This document shows positions 29,343-41,269 of a DNA stretch of 64,000 nt, in pieces. The stretch's first letter is position 1; every line of letters begins with the position of its first letter. A program made the translations under genes and the position numbers. The DNA is taken from positions 672,001 to 736,000 of the forward strand of contig CAWFAK010000005.1 in NCBI GenBank assembly GCA_963813715.1. The letters are read 5' to 3'. Below the pieces are notes generated by a model. That model was not told where the DNA came from and did no database searches. It was given only the letters and a program-made list of their open reading frames with translations. This DNA comes from an uncultured Planctomycetaceae bacterium. Its GTDB lineage: Bacteria; Planctomycetota; Planctomycetia; Planctomycetales; Planctomycetaceae.

Positions 29343-30602
29343 ATGATCGTCGCCGGCCGGGTCGTCAGCACCGAGCGGGTTGAACCGAGCCAGATCCGCA
29401 TCGAGGGAGAGCGGATCGTGGAGGTCGGCCCGCGGCTCGGCCGACCCGACGTCGAGTTCGGCGACGATTGCCTGATCTTTGCCGGCATGGGCGACATTCA
29501 CATACACGCCCGCGACGATCCGAGCGGCAAGGAGGCGTACAAGGAAGATTTTTGCACGGCGTCGGCCGCCGCGCTCCATGGCGGCGTCGTCCACGTGGCC
29601 GACATGCCGAACAATCCGGCCGCCCCGATCGACGATTCGTCGTACCGGGCGAAGGAGGCGCTGGTCAAAACGCCGCCACGTGCCGATCCAGATCACGCTC
29701 TACGCGGGCATCGGCCCGAGCACGCGTCCGCTGTCGTTTGCCGTTCCGTATAAGGTCTACATGGGGCCGAGCGTCGGCGACCTTTATTTCACGTCGCTCG
29801 AACAGCTCGACCGGACGCTGGCCCAGTACCGAGGTGCGAATGTCAGCTTTCACTGCGAGGACCCCGTGCTCCTCGAACAGCATCGCGGCGAGCCGACGCA
29901 CGAGCGGCGACGCCCGCCGGCTTGCGAACTCTCGGCCACGCAGTTCGCGCTCCAGATGATCGAGAAGTACGAGCTGCGGGGCAAACTGTGCCATTACTCG
30001 GTGGGCGAAGGGCTGCCGCTGATTCGCGAAGCCCGCCGCCGCGGCCTGCCGGTCACCTGCGAAGTCACGCCGCACCATCTGTATCTTCGATGAGACGCGG
30101 ATCACGGACGAGAACCGCGGCCGCATGCAGATGAACCCGCCTTTGCGCGGACCGTCCGACCGGACCGTGCTGCTCGAAGCGCTCCGCAATGGCGAGTTGG
30201 ATTACCTGGCCACCGACCACGCGCCCCACACGCTCGCCGAGAAACAGAATCCGCAAAAGTGTCCGTCCGGGCAACCGCACCTCGATACTTATGGCCCGTT
30301 CGTGACGTGGCTGATCGTCGAAGCGCGGATTCACGCCCGAGCGAATTGCCGCGGTGTGCAGTGACAATCCGGGGCAGTTCGTCAATCCCTATGCGTCCGG
30401 GCTCAAGTTCGGGCGAATCGAGCCCGGCTACACGGCTTCGCTGACCGTGCTGAATTTGGCTGCGGCCAACTCAGATCACTCGCGAGCACCTGAAAACAAA
30501 GTGCGGCTGGTCGCCGTTCGAGGGACTGACGTTCCCGGGTTCGGTCGAGGCCGTGTTCATCGCGGCGCGCGAGGCGAGCGCGAGCGTCAGTTGCGTGAAT
30601 AG
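29343..30602 (+). CDS. pyrC: Dihydroorotase-like amidohydrolase (4-5 frameshifts)
   Basis: DIHIHARD, GGV..VADMPN, HCED, CEVTPHHL, QMNPPLR, ATDHAPH, TKCGWSPFEG. Confidence 0.78.
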
Positions 30603-30631
30603 GCGAGCGTCCAGAGAGAATCGTCGCAGAG

Positions 30632-31655
30632 ATGAAGCGAACTTGCTCAACGTGGCGATTGCTAACGTCGTCGATCGCGACACTGGCGGCCGTCACGGTC
30701 TTCGCTGGCTCGCAGCGGAGCGAACAATCCGCCCGCGGACAAACCAGCGATCGTCGTGGCCGAGACGGCGGCCCGCAATCCGTGGACGAAGCTCGAGCTC
30801 GACCAGGGGGCCGACGCGTTTCGCTTTGCCGTCGTCTCCGACCGCACGGGCGGGCATCGGCCGGGCATTTTTTCGCGGGCCGTGCGGATGATCAACCTGC
30901 TGCAGCCCGAGTTCGTGATGTCGGTGGGCGACTTGATCGAAGGCTACAGCGAGGACCCCGGCCAATGGGCCCTCGAATGGTCCGAATTCGAAACGAACGT
31001 CGACCGCCTGCAGATGCCCTTCTTCTTCTGCACGGGCAACCACGACATGTCGAACGTGCCGATGAGCGAAAACTGGAAGCGGAAGTTCGGCCGCAGCTAC
31101 TACTCGTTCCGCTACCGCAACGTGCTGTTCGTGGTGCTGAATTCGGAGGAGCCGCGGCCGAAAGACCAGGACTACCGCTTCAGCCCCGAGCAGCAAGAGT
31201 GGCTGCGGCAAACGCTGCAGCAGAACGGCGACGTCCGCTGGACCTTCGTCTTCTTTCATAAGCCAGTCTGGCGCGAGGCGATGGGCGACCCCGTAGCCCA
31301 GGGGTGGACGCCCATCGAGGATGCGCTGGCGGCGGGCGACCGGCGCTACACAGTCTTCGTCGGCCACGAGCACAACTACGCCAAGTTCGTCCGCCACGGC
31401 CGCGAGTACTTCATGCTGGCGACGACGGGAGGCGGCTCGAAGATGCGGGGCGTCGACTACGGCGAATTTGATCACGTCGCCTGGGTGACGATGAAAAATG
31501 GCCAACCGGTGATCGCCAACGTTCTGCTCGACGGCGTGCAGCCCAACGACGTCCGCAAGGAACGCGACTTGCCGCGGTTCCCGTTGCCGCAACGAGCGCC
31601 CAGCCCGCGATCCAAATCCCCCGAGCGACGAGCCGCGACTCCGGCCGGCGTCTGA
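30632..31655 (+). CDS. Secreted metallophosphoesterase (frameshift near 30748)
   Basis: SDRTGG, VGDLIEG, GNHD, FFHKP, GHEH. Confidence 0.88.
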
Positions 31656-31747
31656 TTCTGGTCCGCAGTTCCCGAGCGACCGCGTGAACCCAACGCGTAG
31701 ATTTTTCTCGCGGGTAAAGCGCTGGCCATCCTGAGCCTTGATCGGTC

Positions 31748-31775
31748 TTGACGAACAGATCTGCCCTGATACGAT
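31748..31775 (+). promoter_or_regulatory. Candidate sigma70 promoter
   Basis: TTGACG-16 nt-TACGAT with extended TGn. Confidence 0.5.
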
Positions 31776-31787
31776 CAGCGCATCCAT

Positions 31788-31903
31788 GTCGCAGCCCCCG
31801 AGACCCCATGTCTTGGGGGTTGCGGCGTTTATACAAACGGGGCGGCATTTTCGAGATCCAACCCGTTGGTTCGAGACAGCTTGCGTTTCGAATCTCCCGC
31901 CGC
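31788..31903 (+). ncRNA. Candidate structured leader or sRNA
   Basis: 17-bp stem 31788-31826 with three G-U pairs valid only on the plus strand; branched fold possible at 31842-31903. Confidence 0.35.
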
Positions 31904-31923
31904 TGGAACTGGGGTAATGACCA

Positions 31924-32247
31924 GTGGCTAAGAACCGCGTACCCGGCAGGAAGAAGCAAGAGCGTTCACCGCTCGCCCCGCTGACGGCCGAAGAGGCGCT
32001 CAAGCCGGCGGTTGGCACTCCGCTACCAAGCGGCGGAACGGCGGAAGAGTCGCCGGAGAGCTTTGAATATCGTGGCGTCAGCGTGCGCCGCATTCGTCGC
32101 GGCGCGTTCTCCGGCGACCAAAAGTCCAGCAATCGCTATGCGTGGAGGGCGCGGGTTGAGGCCCACGACAATGCCCGCTCCGTATCGGCCGAGAGCGTCC
32201 CGGAGATCAAGGAAAAGATCGACGCGATCCTGGACGTCGGCAATTGA
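31924..32247 (+). CDS. Hypothetical protein
   Basis: 107-aa ORF, basic N-terminus, amphipathic C-terminal helix EIKEKIDAILD. Confidence 0.6.
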   Translation: MAKNRVPGRKKQERSPLAPLTAEEALKPAVGTPLPSGGTAEESPESFEYRGVSVRRIRRGAFSGDQKSSNRYAWRARVEAHDNARSVSAESVPEIKEKIDAILDVGN

Positions 32248-32353
32248 AGCGAGGCGCCCGACGGATCGGCGTCGGCCGCCTCGGAAACCGCCTGCTTTGC
32301 CCAGCACATAACTTCCGTCGATGTTGCGGCGGTCGTGCGGGCCGGTGCCGCGA

Positions 32354-32659
32354 TCAGCCTTCCGAGGCGATCTTATTCACCGCGCCTTCGATGGCTTTGC
32401 AATACTCGGAGAGCTCCTCGAAGACCCTGTCGGTGAACGTTTCCGTCTCGAGGATGCGGGCGGTCTGGGTGCGGAGGGTCACGTCTTCCAGCGCCCGGAC
32501 GTCGGGCGGTTCGCCGTTGATCGGACGCACCAGCCGCGTCAGCTCCAGGCACTTGGGAATGAAGGACTGATCGAGGTGCTCGCCGAGTTCGCGACTGTGG
32601 CGCTCGGCTTCGACGAGCATTTCGCGAAGCGTCTGGCTTTGAATCGAACGCTCGACCAT
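32354..32659 (-). CDS. Hypothetical protein
   Basis: Helical acidic ORF MVERSIQSQTLREML with high GC3. Confidence 0.7.
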   Translation of the reverse strand: MVERSIQSQTLREMLVEAERHSRELGEHLDQSFIPKCLELTRLVRPINGEPPDVRALEDVTLRTQTARILETETFTDRVFEELSEYCKAIEGAVNKIASEG

Positions 32660-32749
32660 GGAATGTTCTCGCCTGCGCGGCTCGCTTGCCCCGTGTGAGT
32701 GTTTGTTCATTACAGCCGACCGAGCGCGATGCAGTCAAGCTGCTGAACA

Positions 32750-32838
32750 GTCCAAGGCCCGAAGTCCAGGGTCGAAATTCAAATGAACCGCGAGAACGTC
32801 GCCTCTCGACTTTGGACCTCAGACTTTGGACCTTGGAC
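32750..32838. repeat. Inverted arrays of GTCNRRR heptamers
   Basis: GTCCAAG-GCCCGAA-GTCCAGG-GTCGAAA facing TCTCGAC-TTTGGAC-CTCAGAC-TTTGGAC-CTTGGAC. Confidence 0.75.
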
Positions 32839-33271
32839 CAGGCACATCCCCAAACGGCAAATCCTGCCGATGTGGCACGAGCCGTGCATAAATGCGATCC
32901 GCTCCTCGGATGATCGGATTGGGCCAGCATGGCGAGGGGCAGTCGAGGACGCGGAGCGTCTTTGACAGTAACAGCTTGCGGCAGACGGCTGCCGAGAGAG
33001 ACCGCAGGGAGCGCGGGCTTTCGGTTGTTACAAAAGCGCCACGCGCTTGAAAGATTTACAAGGCAGGCAGGGAGGCCTGAATCGTGTTGCGTCGGAATCC
33101 TGGGATCGGGATCAACCGAGCGCCTTTCTCTGGCGGACATTCTTCGTCCGGTTTCTTCGCGCACACGTCACGTCTCCCCGCGGGCTCTGCCCCCGTCCTG
33201 ACCCTTCAATCGGCCCTCCTTCCTGGGCGATTCCGCATTTGCTGCGTCTCGCAGCGTTCTGGAGCCCCGTC

Positions 33272-35005
33272 ATGAATGCGTCCCTGCTTATCCTCAGCCT
33301 GGCCACCGCGGCCGCCGCTCCCAACGACGTGTTGTACGACTTCTACAGCACTCACTGCGGCCCCTGCCAGATGATGATGCCGATCGTCGAGGGGTTGCAG
33401 TCGCAGGGATATCCGGTCGTGAAGATCAATATCGACGAGCGGCCCGACCTGATGCAGCGGTTCGGCGTTCGATCGTCGTGCCCACCTTCGTGCTGATCGT
33501 CGGCGGCCAAGAATGGCAGCGCGTTACGGGCATGCAGGAGGAGTCGACGCTGCGAGCCATGCTCGCCCAGATCCCGCGAGCACCCCGCGAGAGCCATCCG
33601 GCCCGTCGCTCGGTGCCGGTGCACCTGGCCGACGACGAGAACAAAAAGTTCGATTTCCATCTGCCGCTGCCGCCGTTCGCTTCCAAGAAGTCCAACTCGA
33701 ATTCGGGCATGGTGCAGATCGACGCTCCGAACTCCGGCCCGGCGCGCCGGCCAATTCCGGCACCCTGCTGGCCGACGGTGGCGACTCGACCGGCGCGGGA
33801 GCCCGGCCCTCGACCCGACTTCCGTCCGATGCACCGCTGAGCACCAGCGACGCCGACGGCTCGGTCGCGCGGGCGCCGCTCCCCATGGCGCGGGTGAGCC
33901 CGAAGCCCTTCCCGACCCCACCGTGCAACCGATGCTGGCTTCGAGCGCTCGGATCCGCGTCACCGACGAAGGGGGCATCTACTTCGGCTCGGGCGTCGTC
34001 ATCGACGGCACGCCGGGCAAGAGCATCGTGCTCACCTGCGGCCACATTCTCCGCGACGTCAAACCCGAGAGCCGGATCGAGGTCGATCTCTTCGAAGGCA
34101 AGAACTTCCACTCGTTCGCCGGCAAGATCGTGAAGTTCGATCTCGATGCCGACGTCGGACTGGTGTCGCTGCAAACGTCGGCCGCCGTGGCGGCCTCGCC
34201 CGTGGCCGGCGCCGAGGACAAAGTCGCCCGCGGCCAGAACGTATTGAGCATCGGCTGCAGCCGCGGCGAGCTGCCGATCCTCGAGCGGCTGCGAGTCACC
34301 ATGCTCAACCGCTACGAAGGCCCCGACACGATCGAGTGCACCGGGGTGCCGGTGAAGGGACGCTCGGGCGGCGGACTGTTCACGACGAATGGTCATGTCG
34401 TCGGCGTCTGTACCAACGCCGATCCGCAGGAAGGCCGCGGCGTGTACGCGGGACTGAAGCCGATCCATCAGCTGCTCCGCAATGCCGGTCTGGAAGAGCT
34501 GATTCCGCGTGGATCGCGACGCGACCGGCGCCGCATCGTCGACGTCGCGGCGGCCACCGCCCCGCCCTCCACGGCGCCCGCCGAAGATCCGTCGACCAAG
34601 GCTGAGCTGGAATTGGCCCAGCTCAAGCAGCCTCACGGCAAACCGCCAGCGTCAGAAACGGTTGCCGAAGAAGCGACCACGCACAATGACGCGGCAGCGG
34701 CGGCCCTCGCCGCGGCCGGCAGCGAAGACGCGGAGGTGATCTGCATCATTCGACCCGTTCACCGCACGGGAAACAGCAAGGTGGTGATCATCAACCGCGC
34801 TAGCCGCAAATTCATGGCCTACCTCACCGGCGAAGCCAAGGACCAGCTCCAACCGACGATGGGCCAGACCGACGCTCCGCCCGCCGCGCCGGCTTCGGCG
34901 GTGACGGAATCAACGAACGCCCCGTCATCGATCAACACGGCCAGCACGCAAACGACCTCCGCCTGGAAGCCGACCTCGGCCTCCGCCCGCTTACAGGCGC
35001 GCTGA
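33272..35005 (+). CDS. Thioredoxin domain-trypsin-like serine protease (about 3 frameshifts)
   Basis: Signal peptide, DFYSTHCGPC, then LTCGH, DVGL, GRSGGGL. Confidence 0.85.
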
Positions 35006-35338
35006 TCGCCCGCAACGACCGGCGGCCGACCAAGATCGGGTGGCTCGCGGGTTCGGCTTCTCGCCAGCCGCCAGTCCCGCTGTCGAGCGAAGCCCGGCGA
35101 AGAAAGCCGGCTTGGGAAAGGTGTGCGAGATCAGCTGCCTTCGTTTTGCAGTCCGCGTCGTCGTTATCGTGCGCTGCCCTGGTCGTCTCGCCCTGTTGGG
35201 GCTTTGCTCGCACACCCGGCGGCGTTGGATTCCCGGGCCTCTCGCCGACGCTCTCAACGACACGGGCTATCGAATCTCGCCAACACTTCAGGGCTCACAG
35301 CCGACGGTACAGCCCGCCCTACAGTCGGGCTAGCGACG

Positions 35339-35617
35339 CTATTGGGCAAACAGCTCCAGGTATCCGCAGGCTTCGCAACGAAATCCGTTGATGACAAGGC
35401 CGCCACCGTAGAGCTCGATGCCTTGATCGGGTTCGGGCCGATTCGTTCCCGAATCAAGGGCCGGGTCGGGACTGCCGAAGTGCCATCGCAGGAGCGTGAC
35501 TTGGTCCTCGCCCCTGAGTTCCGGAATGAATCCGAAATACATCGTGCCCCGGCACTTCGGGCACAGTCTCGGCGGCCGCCCTGCTGATTCGTTCGGTTTG
35601 TCGGTTTCGTCGCTCAT
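35339..35617 (-). CDS. Small zinc-ribbon protein (DUF6487-like)
   Basis: CPKCRGTMYFGFI...FRCEACGYLELFA. Confidence 0.75.
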   Translation of the reverse strand: MSDETDKPNESAGRPPRLCPKCRGTMYFGFIPELRGEDQVTLLRWHFGSPDPALDSGTNRPEPDQGIELYGGGLVINGFRCEACGYLELFAQ

Positions 35618-35847
35618 CCTCGCATTCTATCGTCAACGAACGTGCGCTACCGGACGCTGCCGATCCCAAGATGAGGCGGGCGCGAGTGATGCCGATCGGA
35701 AGGCCCGCTGCTGCTAAATCTCTGCGCCGCCCTATGCGGCTACAAAATCCCGGCACCGCCCTATATAGAAGAGAGTGTCGTGTCGGCCGTCTCAGCTCTT
35801 CAATCCACAGCTTTGAGAGCCCGCCTCGATCGACTGGAATTCTGAAG

Positions 35848-38800
35848 ATGCTGCAACCGAAAACGGCCCGATTGCTTCTGTCGCTGATGTTGGGGCTGAC
35901 GACATTTGCCGGCGGGAAGTGCGTTCGCAACGTCCGCGCCGACGACGAATCGGTTCTGTTTACACCCCCCGGCTTTCACAAACCGGGGCAGGCGGTCGTC
36001 AAAGCTCCAGTGAACTCCGGCCGGCTGAAGGTCACGGTGCGCGACGCGCGGACGGGCGCGGCAGCTTTTTGTCGTGTGAATGTCGTTGGCTCCGATGGCA
36101 ACTTCTACTACCCCAAGCAGAACTATCTCACGCCGTACGCGCTGACCGGTCGCTGGCCAAAGACGGGGATGGGCAACCGCGAGGGGAAGGCGCCGATCCG
36201 CTACCTGGGTCGGTTCTTTTATTCGTGGGGCGACTTCGAGATCGAGCTCCCGCCGGGAACCGCGCGGGTCGAAGTCTGGAAGGGACTCGAGTATCGGCCG
36301 GAAGTCGCCAACACGACGATCGCCACTGGGCAGGACAAGTCGCTTGAAATCAAGCTGACGAACGAGACGGGCCTGGCGCTCGACGGCTACGCTCCCGGCG
36401 ATTCGCACCTGCACTTCCGCCGCCAAACCGACGCCGACGATCAGGCGATTCTCGACCTGATGGAGGCGGAGGACATCCGCTACGGCAGCATCCTGGCGTA
36501 CAACGAACCGGCCGGGCCTTACGCGGGAATTATGGAGACGCTGGCCGCGCCGCAGTTTCGCGGATTGGGAGCCGCGTCCGAACGGTCGCGCGGCGATTTT
36601 CACATCGTTTCCGGCCAGGAGTATCGCAGCACTTACGGCCATCTCAATCTGTACTTCCGCAAGGATCTGGTGCTGGGCAACAAGCGGGTGAACGCCAACG
36701 ACGGCCCGCTCTACGGCCTGTTGGCCCGCGAGACCCGTGAACACGGCGGCTTCGCGTTTTACTGCCACGGCGGCTACGCCCAGACGATGCCCTACGCGAC
36801 GATTTATGCCGACGCCGTGCAGGGGAACGTCGACGGGGTCGAGCTGTTGCAGTTCGGCATCTATCGCGAGCTGGGTTTGGAGGATTGGTATCGTCTGCTG
36901 AATATCGGCTACCGCTTCCCCTGCCTGGGTGCGAGCGACTATCCGGCGTGCCGCTTTCTCGCCGATTGCCGCACGTACGTGCGGATGCCCGGCGCGAAGA
37001 ACAGCAAGGCCTGGTTCGACGGCGCGGCGGCCGGACGGAGCTTCGTCACCACGGGGCCGCTGCTCCTGCTGGAAGTCGACGGCAAACCGCCGGGCGAGCG
37101 GATCGATATCGCCGGGCTCCGGTCCGCACACGGTGAAGGCCCGGATCCGCGTTCGCAGCGAGGTGGCTCCCGTCAGCGACGTGAACTTGATCGTGAACGG
37201 CAAGGTCGTGTCGACTTGGAAAGTCCCCGCCGATCGGGCCGAGGGGCAATGGCTCGAATTCGAGCACAAGCTCGAGTTGCGCGAACCGGCGTGGATCGCG
37301 GCCCGCGCGTTCGGCACAGCGCCCGCCGGCAGTCCGAACGCCGAGGCGCACACGAACCCGGTCTACGTCTCGCTCGACGGCCGGCTGCCCTACGATCGGG
37401 CTTCGCTCGACGCGCTCGTCAAAAAACTCGATACCGAGCTGCGGGCGCAGAAGCGGCGGCGATTCGACGAGAAGACGGCGCTCGTCGATTACTTCGAGCG
37501 CTCGCGGGACATCTTGCTCAAGATTCGCGAAGACGGCGGGCTGCGCAGCGATCAGGACGTGCACAAAATCGCCGCCGAAGAGTTGCCCGAGTTGAAAGAC
37601 CCGGCGCGCGGACGCACACCGACGCCGAGCTGAAGGCCTACCTCCGGCCCGTTCCGCCGAAGACGCCGGCGCAGGCGCTCAAAACGTTCGAGACGATCCC
37701 CGGCTTCCACATGGAGCTGATCGCCTCGGAGCCGAACGTCCGCAGCCCCATCTCGGGGGCCATCGACGAGCACGGCAATCTCTACATCACCGAGATGATC
37801 GACTACCCGTATTACCCCAAGCCGGGCGACAAGCCGCTGGGCTGCGTGCGGCTGTTGCGGGACACCGACGGCGACGGCGTCTACGACACGGCCACCGTGT
37901 TCGCCGAGCACTTGCTCTGGGCCGGCGGCGTCGCCTGTTGGAAGGGGGGCGTGTTCGTCGCCGCTCCGCCCGACATCTGGTACTTCAAGGACACCGACGG
38001 CGACGGCGTGGCCGACATCAAGCGGAAGGTGTTCACCGGCTTCGGCACGCAGAGCCAGCAATACATGGTGAACAACCTCAAGTGGGGCCTCGACCACAAG
38101 ATCTACGGCTCGACCGCGGGCAACGGCGGCACGATCCGCCACGGCGACCGGCCCAACGAGAAGCCGATCTCGGTCAATCGACACGATTTTCGCTTCGATC
38201 CGGTCACCGAAGAGTTCGAGCCGATCGTCGGCACGGTGCAGTTCGGCAATTCGTTCGACGATTGGGGCAATCGCTTCCTCTGCGACGAATCCGAACCCAT
38301 CCTGCAAGCGGTGCTCGACACTCGCTATCTCGAACGCAATCCGTATCTGCCCGCCACGTCGGGCGTCTACAACGTGGGCGGCGGCAGCGTGCCCATCTTT
38401 CGCATCAGCCCGATCGAACGCTGGCGACACATCCGCTCCAGCCGCCGGATCTCGCTCTCGACGCGCAATCCGCTCAACGCGGGCGTCAGCCATCACGTGA
38501 TCGACGCGGGGGCCGGCGTCACCATTTATCGCGGCAACGCCTATCCGCCGAGTTTTTACGGCAACGCGATCGTCGGCGACGCGCAGAACAACCTGGTCCA
38601 TCGCATGCTGCTGTCGCCCGACGGCGTGACGTTCAACGAACGCCGGGCCGACGCGGGGACTGAATTCGTCCGTTCTTCGGACAACTGGTTCCGGCCGGTG
38701 AATTTCATCAACGCGCCGGACGGCACGCTCTATTGCCTCGACATGAGCCGCGAGATTCTGGAGTCGATTCATATTCCGTTCGACGTGCTGAAGTTCATCG

Positions 38801-40619
38801 ACCTCAAGGCCGGGCGCGATTCGGGGCGCGTGTATCGCATTGCTCCGGACGGCTTTCGTTATCCGGGACCTCCGCAACTGGCTGCGAAGAGCACGGCCGA
38901 ACTGGTGGCGCTGCTCGGCGATGCGAACGGCTGGCACCGCGACACGGCCCAGCGGCTGCTCTTTGAACGGCAGGACAAATCGGCCGTCGCTCTGCTCAAA
39001 GCCCTGCTCCGCTCCGCCCCGACGCCGCAGTCCCGGCTCAACGCGCTCTGGACGCTCGAGGGGCTCGACGCTATCGACACTGCCGATTTGAATGCGGCGC
39101 TCGGCGATTCGCACTTTGCGCTTCGCGCGCACGGCGTGCGTCTGGCGGAATCGCGCCTCGACCGCGAGCCGGTCCTCTTCCATCGCGTGCTGGCCTTGGC
39201 CGACGACAAGGACGCCCGCGTTCGCTATCAGGTCGCCTACTCCCTCGGCGAAGTGCACGGCCCCGGGGCGGCCGAGGCTGTGAACGGACTTTCGCGTTTG
39301 CGCGCCGCGACGGTGACGATCGCTGGATCCGCACGGCGGTCCTCAGCTCGGTGGCGCACACGTCGCACCAACTGCTGATCCGGCTGCTGGAGGATCCGAA
39401 CTTTGTCAGCTCGGGCAGCGGCGAGGAAATGGCCGCTCAGTTGGCCGCGATTTCGGGCGTCCGCAATCAGTCCGAGGAAATCACCCGTCTGCTCGATGCG
39501 GTGGCGGCGCTCGACGCCGGCAACAATGGCCCAGCGAAGAATTATCGTGGCAAAATTGGCGGGCTGCAGGCCGAGATCGTGCTCGGCATCGCCAAGGGAC
39601 TCAAACAGGTCGATGGCCGCCTGCCGTTTCATCCTGCGTCATCGCGAGCGGGCGAGCGGATGCTGGTGCGGTTGGCGGAGGCGGCCAAACAGACTGCGGC
39701 CGACGTCCACCGCTCCGAGCAGGAGCGTGCCGAGGCGATCCACCTGCTCGGCTGTTTCGACCGCGATGTGGCGGATGCGACTTTGCGCGAACAGCTCTCG
39801 CCCGCTAATCCCGAGGGGGTGCAGTCGTCGGCCGTCGACGCGCTGTCGCAGTACGGCAATCCCGAGATCGCCCAGGAACTCTTGGAGCGGTGGAAGGAAT
39901 ACACGCCGGGGGTGCGCACCGAGGTCGTGCGGGCCCTGCTTTCGCGCGAGCCGTGGACGATCGCCTATTTGCGTCGGCTGCAGGCGGAGCCATCGAGCAC
40001 GGCATTACTGTTGCCGTTGCAGCGGACGCGGCTGCTGGAGCATAAGAGCCCGGCGATTCGCGAGCTGGCCAAGACGCTGTTCGGTTCGCAGGCGGCCAGT
40101 CCGCGTTCGGCCGTCATCGCCGACTACAAATCGTGCCTCCGTCTGAAAGGGGAGGCGGGGGCGGGCGAAAAAGTGTTCGTGCGAGAGTGCTCGCTCTGCC
40201 ACCAGATCGGCCGCGTCGGTCATGCGATCGGCCCGAGCCTCGCGGCCTCGTCGAATGCCCGCGAGCCGGAGGCCCTGTTGACGCACATCCTCGACCCGAA
40301 TTTCTATATCCCGCCGCAGTATGTGCAGTATGTGGCCGTCGACCGCAACGGCCGCACGTACACAGGCATCCTGGCGGACCAGACGTCGACGAGCATCACG
40401 CTCAAGCGGGAGAAAGAGGCGACCGACACGCTCTTGCGAGCGAATCTCGAGGAGCTGTCGAGCACCGGCAAATCACTGATGCCCGAGGGGCTCGAGAAAA
40501 AACTCTCGCAGCGCGACATGGCCGACCTGATCGCCTACCTGCAAACCGTGCAAGCCTCGGTTCCCCCCGCGCCGCAGCCCCTCGATATCGGCACGCGGCC
40601 GGGGTTGATGGAACCGTAG
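35848..40619 (+). CDS. CehA/McbA-type PHP metallohydrolase fused to PVC-type heme-binding CxxCH dehydrogenase (frameshifts near 37117, 37605, 39300)
   Basis: GDSHLH, SGQEYR, CHGGY, ASDYP, SFVTTGP; then DTDGDG repeats, FDDWGNRF, WFRPVN..APDG, HEAT repeats, CSLCH at 40188-40202, IGPSL, SLMPEGL. Confidence 0.85.
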
Positions 40620-41226
40620 ACGATTGCTCGGCAACTCCATCAGCAGGGCGGTCGGCTCGACCAGCGGAACGATTGGCCCCCGTCGATCGGCGAGGGCGAG
40701 TTGGCCCGCGACTGCAGGATGCGGTCGGCGGAGAGCGCGAACGTCCGGCGGGTCATCAAGGCCACCGGATAGTCGCAGTGCATCGGCTCGTAGTTTCCGG
40801 CAAGGTTTTCGGCGCGGAGCGAGCGAATCAAAGGATAGTTCGGCACGGCAGGTCCCCCTTCATCTTGAGAGAGGCATCGCGCGGATCGAGCGTCCGCGGC
40901 ACGCAATCCTGCGCGATTTGGGCGAACATGCTTCAAGCGATTTGCGTCTAGGGTCTAGAAAGCCGCGAGAATGCGCGGCCGACACGGCGCACTCGTCCCA
41001 CGGCACAGTCTCCCCGCGGAAGGACCAGGCGTTCGTGGCCGCGTCCTCGTTGCGGGTAGAAGAGTCGAAGCACTCAGCGCGAGTGAAGCGTCGGCTCAGG
41101 CCGAAAGGTCGCTCCCGTTCCGCTCGGACGGGGCCGATTGGAGAAAATTTGCGAGCTTGCGGATCGGCATTTGGTCAACGACGATAAGGCAGACGCAGTT
41201 CCCCGTTCGGGATAACGACGACTTTC

Positions 41227-41254
41227 TGCGACAAGAGCTTTGCGACAAGAGCTT
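41227..41254. repeat. 14-bp tandem repeat TGCGACAAGAGCTT x2
   Basis: Perfect tandem plus a degenerate third copy just before ATG41270. Confidence 0.8.
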
Positions 41255-41269
41255 CGGCGACACGGGCAC

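Noticed and set aside
29343..30602. Programmed frameshifting or true pseudogene in the pyrC-like gene
   Set aside because: Indels are scattered, lack slippery-site context and match the window-wide error pattern
40640..40936. Small minus-strand ORF after the dehydrogenase
   Set aside because: No recognisable motif and uncertain start; cannot be supported as a gene
40960..41150. Known riboswitch (glycine or c-di-GMP) upstream of the dioxygenase
   Set aside because: Only a GAAA-loop hairpin and scattered stems; conserved aptamer cores are missing
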